Shown here: piece by piece, positions 19,539 to 26,533 of the stretch | Position numbering within the stretch: the stretch's first letter is position 1 | Layout of the letters: every line of letters starts with the position of its first letter | Assembly (NCBI GenBank): GCA_965204725.1 | Contig: OZ242005.1 | Location: 1,664,001-1,728,000, forward strand | Direction of reading: 5' to 3' | Source of the DNA: Candidatus Latescibacterota bacterium | GTDB lineage: Bacteria; Latescibacterota; UBA2968; UBA8231 | DNA length: 64,000 nucleotides | The notes under the pieces: model-generated | Told to the model about the DNA's origin: nothing | The model's database searches: none | Seen by the model: the letters and a program-made list of their open reading frames with translations, nothing else | Position numbers and translations under genes: made by a program

Positions 19539-20491
19539 TGACGCTCGGGGTGGCCGGCCATGCCCGCGAGGTGGCTGTCCATCGGGCGGCCTTGCAGGAG
19601 TGCCGCGATATTCAGTTGGTATATGACGCCGATTGCGCCGCGGTCTTAAAGGAAAAAGTAGATGGGCTGGTGCTGCTGCACGTGGCCGATAAATCGCATT
19701 GGATCGGCACGGCCCTCGCGGCTGGTCTTCCCGTCATGGCAACCCATCCCGTACCGGAGTTTGCCGATAGCCGTCCGTCTAAGAAGCGATCTGAAAACTC
19801 TGGTGGTCGTCCCTTGGGGCTCAACGATCCCGGCTGGATTCCCGCTTTCGCGGGAATGACGGGGACTTTTGCGGGAAAGACGGAGACTTTCGCGGGAGTG
19901 ACGGAGGTGGATTCTCAGACAGCGTCTAAGGTGTGTGTGCTGTCGCTGGGGCGGCATACGCGCTTTTGCTCGGCTTTGGTCCGACCGGGCGTAGCGCATT
20001 ACTCGTTGGAGCTTTCTTTTAATTCGGCTTCCTTCGATTGCATGGACCGCGAGACGATTTGCAATCAAGCGGCCTTGGATATGTGCGACCTGCTGTTGGG
20101 TGCTTGGGGGGCGGTCGATGTGCTGTACAGCAGGATGCGCAACTTCTTTCATCCTAGTCGCATGGAGGATGTGTCAGTCGCGCTGTTGAGGATGCGCAAC
20201 GGCGTCGAAGGCTCGGTCGCGCTCTTCGACGTTACGGGGGGGAGCGCGGCGTTGCGAATTCGGTTGTATGCAGCGGACGAAATCGTCGATGCGTCTTGGC
20301 CTTGGGCATGGGAAGCAGACGATCTGATGGCGTACTATCGCAATTTCATCGCCTGTATCCAAGGGTGTGCCCAGCCGCTGTTGGGTTTGGGGCAGGTAGC
20401 CGAAAGCTATCGGCTTTTGGAATGGATGCGCATGTCGGCGAGACAAGATGCGGTTTTGAGCCGCAGAGATGTGAGCAGAGATGTGAAATGA
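19535..20491 (+). CDS. Divergent Gfo/Idh/MocA-like protein carrying an in-frame MITE
   Basis: Weak similarity (H...ALAAG.PV; EDVSVALLRMRNGVEG); 53 aa come from the inserted repeat. Confidence 0.55.
   Translation: MMTLGVAGHAREVAVHRAALQECRDIQLVYDADCAAVLKEKVDGLVLLHVADKSHWIGTALAAGLPVMATHPVPEFADSRPSKKRSENSGGRPLGLNDPGWIPAFAGMTGTFAGKTETFAGVTEVDSQTASKVCVLSLGRHTRFCSALVRPGVAHYSLELSFNSASFDCMDRETICNQAALDMCDLLLGAWGAVDVLYSRMRNFFHPSRMEDVSVALLRMRNGVEGSVALFDVTGGSAALRIRLYAADEIVDASWPWAWEADDLMAYYRNFIACIQGCAQPLLGLGQVAESYRLLEWMRMSARQDAVLSRRDVSRDVK
19768..19928. mobile_element. MITE/REP-type element, 159 bp plus TA duplication
   Basis: Imperfect TIRs TAGCCGTCCGTCTAAGAA / TTCTCAGACAGCGTCTA; internal CTGGATTCCCGCTTTCGCGGGAATGACG plus two degenerate copies. 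Confidence 0.7.
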
Positions 20492-20573
20492 TAATGTCTT
20501 ATAAAATTTTTTATGTAAATAAAAGAAAAAAAGAAACTCAAAACCGTGTAGAAAAAAATGGCGTTTTGGGTAT

Positions 20574-20669
20574 GAGATACTTCGCTACGCTCAGTATGAC
20601 CAGGGCTGGGGCACGCAGCCCCCGTCTGTGTGTCATGCTGAGCGTAGCGAAGCGCAGTCGAAGCATCTC
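20574..20669. repeat. REP-like inverted repeat pair
   Basis: GAGATACTTCGCTACGCTCAGTATGAC ... GTCATGCTGAGCGTAGCGAAGCGCAGTCGAAGCATCTC. Confidence 0.75.
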
Positions 20670-20707
20670 TACATGCTTTCGAGTCATTTAGGACAGCTAT
20701 ATATATA

Positions 20708-21238
20708 ATGTATAAGTCATCCACGCCCCCGACGTACTTCGCTCTTGCGTTAGCGTCTTTCTTATTGGCGATCGTGTTGTTGTTCAACATGCTCAGCCCT
20801 ATGGCCGTGCCGGTTACTAAGGAGCAGTTCGAGCAGATCAGAGAGGCCGACCTTATTGAGCATCTAATCGTGCAGCCCCAAGGATTTACTTGGCAGCTCA
20901 AACGGACCGTGCGCGTCCAAGGGACCAACGGCGAAACACAGGCCAAGCGCATCGCGCTCGCCGAGCCGGACCCCGCTATGGCCGAAGATTGGCAACAAAA
21001 GGGGGGAGCGGTGCGGCACGAGCAAGAGCAAGATGTCTCCCAGTGGGGGGGCATAATTTTCATCGCCTTGTTGCTCGGCGTAGGGGGGTGGCATATATGG
21101 TCCCAAATACGGCTCGACCTCAAAGGGGGCGGGGGGCCGCGCCGGCGCTTGCGCGACTTAGAAACCGCGCTCAAACAAGGCAAAATTACCCAAGCCGAAT
21201 TCCGGCAGCGGGCCGAGCGGCTGTGGGCCGAATTGTGA
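20708..21238 (+). CDS. Hypothetical two-TM membrane protein with a SHOCT-like C-terminus
   Basis: Two hydrophobic segments; C-terminal LRDLETALKQGKITQAEF. Confidence 0.7.
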   Translation: MYKSSTPPTYFALALASFLLAIVLLFNMLSPMAVPVTKEQFEQIREADLIEHLIVQPQGFTWQLKRTVRVQGTNGETQAKRIALAEPDPAMAEDWQQKGGAVRHEQEQDVSQWGGIIFIALLLGVGGWHIWSQIRLDLKGGGGPRRRLRDLETALKQGKITQAEFRQRAERLWAEL

Positions 21239-21244
21239 GGAGCT

Positions 21245-22993
21245 ATGGCGAGTACTATTCGCGTTCTCGACGAAAGCCTCATTGGAAAAATCGCCGCTGG
21301 TGAGGTCGTGGAACGACCGGCCTCGGTCGTGAAAGAATTGGTCGAAAACTCAATTGATGCCGGGGCCACGAAAATCTGCGTGGAAATCAAGGCGGGCGGC
21401 AAGCAGTTGATCGTCGTGACCGACGATGGTTCGGGCATGAACCGAGAGGATATCGCTTTGTGTGTGCGGCGGCATGCCACGAGCAAGATGGCTTCAGCGG
21501 CCGACCTGTTCTGCATTCAGACGCTAGGGTTTCGCGGCGAAGCCCTAGCCAGCATTGGGGCGGTCGCGCACTTGGCGATTGAATCGCGCACCCAGCAAGA
21601 CGAGGTGGGGACGCGCTTGGTCGTGGAAGGGGGGATCGAGCGAGAAATGCACAGCATGGGTCGAGCGCACGGCACGACCATTGTGGTAAAGAACCTGTTT
21701 TTTAATACGCCCGCGCGGCGCAAGTTCCTCCGCTCCGTCAATGTGGAAGCTCGCCACGTGGCCCAGACCCTCATCCATTTAGCCGCTGGCTACCCGGCCC
21801 TTGGCTTTGAACTAGCACACCAAGATCGCCAAGTCTTGAGCTACGCCCCGGCATCGCGGCGAGCGCGGGCGGCCGAGCTGTTGGGCATTCCAGTCGCCGA
21901 ACTGTTGGACTTGGCGCACGAGGAGGAGGGCCTCAAAATCGAAGGGGTCTTGGCCGGTCCCGAGTGCTGCGGCCCCAGCAAGGGCAAGCAATATATCATT
22001 GTACAGGGGCGGCCCATTTTTTCGCGCCTGATGGTTAGGGCAATTCAGCGGTGCTTTGAGGGCCTGCTGCCCGAAGGACACCATCCGGTATTCATGCTCT
22101 GGATCGATATGGATCCCCAGAAAATCGACGTCAATGTCCATCCGACCAAGCGGGAGATTCGCTTGGCCAACGAAGGGCAGGTGGTTGCGGCCATTGAAAA
22201 CAGCGTCCGGCACAGCTTGCGCCTGCCCGAGGTGCAATCCTTTGTCTATGCTCCTCCTCGTTCCAGCGATCCCAACAGCGATGGGGGGGACGAGCCGGTC
22301 GCGGTCCGCGTCGGCGAAGGCGAGCCGGCGTCCCCGGTGTTGCACAGCCTGCCCACGCCCGGGGATGCCGACGACCAACTCGCGATGACCTTCGTCGCCC
22401 CGAGCGAGGCCAAAGTCGCCGTTGTCCAAGACGCCGCGATGTGGCAGGTCCACAATCAGTACATCCTCGTCGAGGTGGCCGATGGCTTGCTTTTTGTCGA
22501 TCAGCAGGCCGCGCACGAGCGGATCAACTACGACCGGGCCATGGCGCAAATCGATGGCGCGACCGGGGAAAGCCAGCAGTTGCTCTTTCCCATCCAGCTA
22601 GAAATGGGAGCCGCGGATTTCGAGGTATTCAACCAAGTGCGGGCGGACGTTGCCAAGCTGGGCTTTGTCGTGCGGGACTTTGGTGCCCGGACGGTGTTGG
22701 TGGAAGCCATTCCCGCTGAATTGGAGAACTTTGGCGAAGGCGATGCTTTTTATCAGCTATTGAACGACGTGCGCGATGGCCAGCATTCGGGCCACGCTTG
22801 GCGCGAAGCACTTGTCTTGGCTTATACGCGCAAGGCGAGCATCCAGAAGGGACAACGACTGAACGCCGAGGAGCAGGCGCATTTGATCGCTGCATTGCTC
22901 AAGGTGGAGCGACCGCACGTAAGCCCGACGGACAAGCCGATTATGGCGCGGATGAAGTTGAGCGATATGGAGCGGCTGTTGCGGAAGTTCTAG
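21245..22993 (+). CDS. mutL: DNA mismatch repair endonuclease MutL
   Basis: IAAGEVVERPASVVKELVENSIDAGA, GFRGEALASI, DVNVHPTK, DQQAAHER. Confidence 0.96.
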   Translation: MASTIRVLDESLIGKIAAGEVVERPASVVKELVENSIDAGATKICVEIKAGGKQLIVVTDDGSGMNREDIALCVRRHATSKMASAADLFCIQTLGFRGEALASIGAVAHLAIESRTQQDEVGTRLVVEGGIEREMHSMGRAHGTTIVVKNLFFNTPARRKFLRSVNVEARHVAQTLIHLAAGYPALGFELAHQDRQVLSYAPASRRARAAELLGIPVAELLDLAHEEEGLKIEGVLAGPECCGPSKGKQYIIVQGRPIFSRLMVRAIQRCFEGLLPEGHHPVFMLWIDMDPQKIDVNVHPTKREIRLANEGQVVAAIENSVRHSLRLPEVQSFVYAPPRSSDPNSDGGDEPVAVRVGEGEPASPVLHSLPTPGDADDQLAMTFVAPSEAKVAVVQDAAMWQVHNQYILVEVADGLLFVDQQAAHERINYDRAMAQIDGATGESQQLLFPIQLEMGAADFEVFNQVRADVAKLGFVVRDFGARTVLVEAIPAELENFGEGDAFYQLLNDVRDGQHSGHAWREALVLAYTRKASIQKGQRLNAEEQAHLIAALLKVERPHVSPTDKPIMARMKLSDMERLLRKF

Positions 22994-23008
22994 GGCCGAT
23001 TGCGGGGA

Positions 23009-23217
23009 TTATCCGGGTAGCTTGCTGAGGATGCTAAACAGCAGGCTGCCGATAGCGAACAAGCTGGCGACCAGCACTCCGACCAACCAGCGCGTAAGCG
23101 TGTCGAGGCGGCGATTGAGCGCGGCAATTTCTTGCCGCACTTCGGAAAGGCTGCGCTCAACGCTGTCAATCCGCTTTTCAATAGAATCCAATCGGCGGTC
23201 TAACTGCTCGGCAGCGC
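23009..23217 (-). pseudogene. 5'-truncated coiled-coil + C-terminal TM small protein
   Basis: GAAEQLDRRLDSIEK...LTRWLVG; paralog of 24536..24757; similarity stops near 23218. Confidence 0.65.
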
Positions 23218-23220
23218 CGC

Positions 23221-23625
23221 AGCTTTGGCTATACGGCCCTGCACTTGGCGGCGGGGGCAGTAGATTATCGGGATAATAATACGTATTTTCCTGGTCGTCT
23301 TGAGATAATCAAGTATCTGGTGGGTCAGGGGGCGGATGTGAATGCTACGAACGCCTTCGGCTGGACGCCGCTGCACGAGGCGGTGGTGCGGGATTTTTTG
23401 GAGGGGGTGAAGGTGCTTGTGGGTCAGGGGGCGAGTCTCACGGCTACGAACAACGGCTGGACGGCGTTGCACCGGGCGGCGTGGTCGGGTCGTTTGGAGG
23501 CAGTGCAGTATCTAGTGGGTCAGGGGGCAAGCCGCACGGCTACGACCAACGATGGCAAGACGCCTCGGGCCTTGGCGGTGGAGAAAGGTCATACGGCGGT
23601 GGTAGCGTATTTTGACACGCTGTGA
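23221..23625 (+). pseudogene. Ankyrin-repeat protein, 5'-truncated
   Basis: Frame reads FGYTALHLAA...FGWTPLHEA...NGWTALHRAA...GKTP; first possible start (TTG 23245) lies inside repeat 1; in-frame stop at 23182. Confidence 0.75.
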
Positions 23626-23672
23626 CGACGACGAGTAGGTTAGTCTGTCTTATTCGTTGGTAGGTTAGGTAT

Positions 23673-23711
23673 AGGTCGGCACTCGATGTTTATCGGGTGC
23701 TGGCCTTTTTT
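23673..23711 (+). terminator. Intrinsic terminator after the ankyrin gene
   Basis: AGGTCGGCACTCGAT / ATCGGGTGCTGGCCT stem plus T-run. Confidence 0.75.
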
Positions 23712-23739
23712 GGTTATGGGCAAGTGAAAGCGGAACGGC

Positions 23740-23920
23740 TTGACCGCCCCTAGCGCACGGAACGATATTGAGGGTTAAGGTGAAACACGTCGCGGCTGAC
23801 CTACCGGCAGAGTAAACCGGGCGTGGAAGTTTTACGAGCGGCGTTGGTTGGGCCGATTGCGTAAGCGCGGCCACCGGGTCTAACATCCCCGGCTTTCGCG
23901 GCCAACGCCGCACTTTTTTT
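23740..23920 (+). ncRNA. Candidate structured small RNA unit 1 (C4/CI-like three-way junction) with promoter and U-tail
   Basis: TTGACC-N18-GATATT; 13-bp stem 23838-50/23899-911 enclosing two hairpins; T8 tail. Confidence 0.5.
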
Positions 23921-23965
23921 ATGGGGCTTGGCTTGGCACACACTTCACAGACAGGAGCCTAAACG

Positions 23966-24148
23966 ATGCGGTTATTGAGCGGGTTGACCGCGCCTTGCCG
24001 CGGTCCGTATCCTGTTGGTCAGTTTGGCAGGGACGGCCCTATTGCGCCGTCCGCCAAGCAGGTTGCGCGCCGCGGCTGCTTCACTGGCAGAGTAAACCGG
24101 GCGCGTTTTTTTTGCCTTCCCCGTCCATCCCCGGATTTTGTGCAGTGA
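23966..24148 (+). CDS. Small Ash/Kil-like ORF overlapping RNA unit 2
   Basis: AGGAG RBS; GLT-x6-Y...ARFF pattern arises from reading through the promoter and terminator. Confidence 0.35.
   Translation: MRLLSGLTAPCRGPYPVGQFGRDGPIAPSAKQVARRGCFTGRVNRARFFCLPRPSPDFVQ
23984..24113 (+). ncRNA. Candidate structured small RNA unit 2
   Basis: TTGACC-N18-TATCCT; two hairpins, the second shared with unit 1 with compensatory changes; T8 tail. Confidence 0.5.
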
Positions 24149-24178
24149 ACATTCAAGCTGGTTTTGACTATCGGTTAG

Positions 24179-24252
24179 CACGTGTTTGGCTTGCCGAACT
24201 TTTTGGATCGCAAAAAATCCATGTTGGCGTCACGTGTTTGGCTTGCCGAACT
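24179..24252 (+). repeat. Perfect 22-bp direct repeat CACGTGTTTGGCTTGCCGAACT, two copies
   Basis: Copies at 24179-24200 and 24231-24252. Confidence 0.9.
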
Positions 24253-24278
24253 AGTCGAGGGAAATTTGCCGCGGTCCC

Positions 24279-24449
24279 TTGACCCGCCCTAGCGCGGCAT
24301 TGCTCTCTGCGTGGGAGTGCTTTTGCACAAGCGACAAAACGGCCAACGTCTTGCCCGTGCTCCGGCCAGAGCACACGAAGGGCGGGATGGTTGCTTGTGC
24401 ATTTTCTTGCAAAAGCCTTGTCGGTGGGCGCATCGACAAGGCTTTTTTT
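24279..24449 (+). ncRNA. Candidate structured small RNA unit 3 with strong terminator
   Basis: TTGACC (poor -10); TGCACAAGCGAC/GTTGCTTGTGCA stem with nested stems; terminator 24411-24449. Confidence 0.45.
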
Positions 24450-24455
24450 ATGCGG

Positions 24456-24487
24456 ATACTACCGATAACGGGCATTATCGGTAGTAT
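24456..24487. other. Palindromic dif-like tyrosine recombinase site
   Basis: ATACTACCGATAA-CGGGCA-TTATCGGTAGTAT: perfect 13-bp arms, 6-bp asymmetric spacer, ATAA-N6-TTAT core. Confidence 0.65.
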
Positions 24488-24535
24488 AAAATGAGCACCG
24501 GAGGCTCGTTGAGCGGCGGCCTATTTTGGGTCCGA

Positions 24536-24757
24536 TTACGGCAAGCGCGACAGGATCAGCGTCCCCAGTGCCAGCAAGGTCGCGATTTGCATTCCAACCA
24601 ACCAGCGCGTGAGCGTGGCGACTTCTTTCCGCACTTCACTGATGGACCGCTCAATGCTATCCAAGCGGATGTTGGTCTGGCGGTTTTGCTCAACGGATTG
24701 CTCGGCAATGCCTTCTAACCGCCCAATTCGGCGGTCGTGGGTTAGCGGTTCGCTCAT
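24536..24757 (-). CDS. Small coiled-coil protein with C-terminal TM helix
   Basis: 73 aa, AAGGAAAG RBS; RIGRLEG...LDSIERSISEVRKEVATLTRWLVG. Confidence 0.75.
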   Translation of the reverse strand: MSEPLTHDRRIGRLEGIAEQSVEQNRQTNIRLDSIERSISEVRKEVATLTRWLVGMQIATLLALGTLILSRLP

Positions 24758-24929
24758 GCGGCTTTCCTTTCGGTTGGGTCCTCAATTTCATATCCAAGAT
24801 CATTCGCGTCAAACGCGGCGGCAAAATGCCGCGATGTTCGCTATATTTGTTTTATTCTTTAGCCACTGTTACAAACATCGCGGATATTAAAGCTAATGCA
24901 CCAGACCTCTAATCCTGTAAGCCCATTCA

Positions 24930-25910
24930 ATGAGTGAGATGCTCAACCCAGTCGTCCGCAAGCTGACGCCAACGCCCGCGTTGGTAGCCGACGACCCGCT
25001 GGAACAATTTCTCAGCGGCCAGCTCAGCGAGCGCACTCGGCGGGCGTATTACGCCGACCTCGAGCACTTTTTTGCATCCATCGGCATAGAACTAAAGGAC
25101 GTTTCCCTCGCCATCTTACAAACCATCACCTTTGAGCATGTGGTCGCCTTTAGAAATCAACTCGCCAGCGAAGGCTACAAGCGGAGCAGCATCAATAGAA
25201 AACTGTCCAGCCTGAAGTCGTTGTTCAAGATGTTGGTCGCTTTAGGCCACATCGGGAAAAATCCCGCTGACTCCGCCTTGGTACGCGGCTACAAATTGGA
25301 CGAAACGCTGGTTGGCAAAGCACTTCCCAATGTGGTGTTGAACAAACTACAGCAAGCCATTGCCGAGGAAGAAAACGACTTAGTCCGCACACGCGATGCG
25401 GCCATATTCCATTTGCTCACGTTTGGCGGGTTGCGCCGCTCCGAAGTGGCGGGCGTCGCTTGGGAGGATATATCCTTGGAGGGCGTCTTTCACATCCTGC
25501 GCCTGCCCGAGACTAAATCGGGCGTGACGCAGGAGATCAAACTGCAAAACGTCGTCCTCCATCATCTCGAACTATACAAACAACAGCTTGAGCAGGCGGG
25601 CTTGCCGACGACGGGCAAGGTCTTCATCAGCCTGTCGCGCAACCAATCTCGCGGCCAGCCGCTGACCGATCAGTCGGTAAATCACATCGTCAAGAAGTAC
25701 GCCCGGCGCACCGGCCTCCCCCAAAACGTCACCGCGCACATGTTTCGCCATACCTGCTGCACCCTAGCGATTGAAGGCGGCGCCAAGCCCCAGCAAGTGC
25801 AGGCTCACTTGCGCCACAAGGACCTAAAGACGACCATGCGCTACTACGAAAACCGCGAAAAGCTGCTCGATAATGCGTCGGATTATATTAAAGTGGGTAT
25901 GGGGAGTTGA
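24930..25910 (+). CDS. Tyrosine recombinase (Xer-like)
   Basis: N-terminal SERTRRAY...SINRKLSSLKSLFK domain; catalytic GLRRSE, K, HMFRH, HLRH, TTMRY. Confidence 0.92.
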   Translation: MSEMLNPVVRKLTPTPALVADDPLEQFLSGQLSERTRRAYYADLEHFFASIGIELKDVSLAILQTITFEHVVAFRNQLASEGYKRSSINRKLSSLKSLFKMLVALGHIGKNPADSALVRGYKLDETLVGKALPNVVLNKLQQAIAEEENDLVRTRDAAIFHLLTFGGLRRSEVAGVAWEDISLEGVFHILRLPETKSGVTQEIKLQNVVLHHLELYKQQLEQAGLPTTGKVFISLSRNQSRGQPLTDQSVNHIVKKYARRTGLPQNVTAHMFRHTCCTLAIEGGAKPQQVQAHLRHKDLKTTMRYYENREKLLDNASDYIKVGMGS

Positions 25911-25984
25911 TTTTTTTAGTTTTTTGTTTACATATTAAATCTTACACGACATTTACTTGCAAGCTGTTGTTGTGCCCCCTCGCG

Positions 25985-26499
25985 TCACTCGGCACTATCC
26001 AAGTGCCGCTGAAAGGTCGCCAGATCGGCGGCTTGCACCGCTGTGCGATGCAACTGCTTGAGCCGGTGCAAATCGTCCAGCGCGGCAATGCGGGCGGCCA
26101 ATGAATGGGCGGAGGCCGGCCCAAAGCGAATCTCCAACACGTCAAGAATATCTTCAACGGCGCGTTGTCGGCCCCCCTGCTCAAGGCCCTGTTCAAGGCC
26201 CTGCTCAAGGCCCTGCTTAAGGCCCTGTTGGGTAAGGTATTGGGCAAAGGATGATTCGCGCATGATCGTGTCCATAAGACCCTCCTGAGAAATAATACGT
26301 TGAATGGTGGTCCACTCGTACGCTAACCCACTCAGTGGGTCCAACCGCACGGCTTGGGTCGCCTGAATGCACTGGCGCAACCACGCTTCCGCGGCCATGC
26401 CCGACGGACCGCCACATCGTCGCGTTGGAGGGTGAAGCGGACGAAGTCGTCGGGGTAGGTTTGGATTAGGTGTTTGGAAATGGTATCGTATTCGGCCAT
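25985..26499 (-). pseudogene. Rpn/DUF4351-family gene with nuclease core deleted; internal small ORF 25985..26275 intact
   Basis: MAEYDTISKHLIQTYPDDF N-terminus is out of frame with the C-terminus (span 515 nt); QGLEQGLEQG repeats, LEIRFG; AGGAGG before internal ATG 26275. Confidence 0.7.
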
Positions 26500-26533
26500 A
26501 GCAGCACCTTGGGATTACGGAGGGACGATATTC

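Noticed and set aside
23262-23292. Second dif-like or att site (TTATCGGGATAA; also CTATCGGTTAG near 24168)
   Set aside because: Only partial arm matches without the 6-bp spacer geometry; no convincing att duplication found by eye
24179-24252. Possible mini CRISPR array (22-bp repeat, 30-bp spacer)
   Set aside because: Only two repeats, short for CRISPR, no leader or cas genes in the window
24456-24487. Palindrome read as an intrinsic terminator
   Set aside because: AT-rich arms with no downstream U-tract on either strand; a proper terminator lies just upstream (24411-24449)
26178-26230. 12-bp tandem repeats (CAAGGCCCTG..)
   Set aside because: Encode the usual QGLE repeats of Rpn/DUF4351 C-termini
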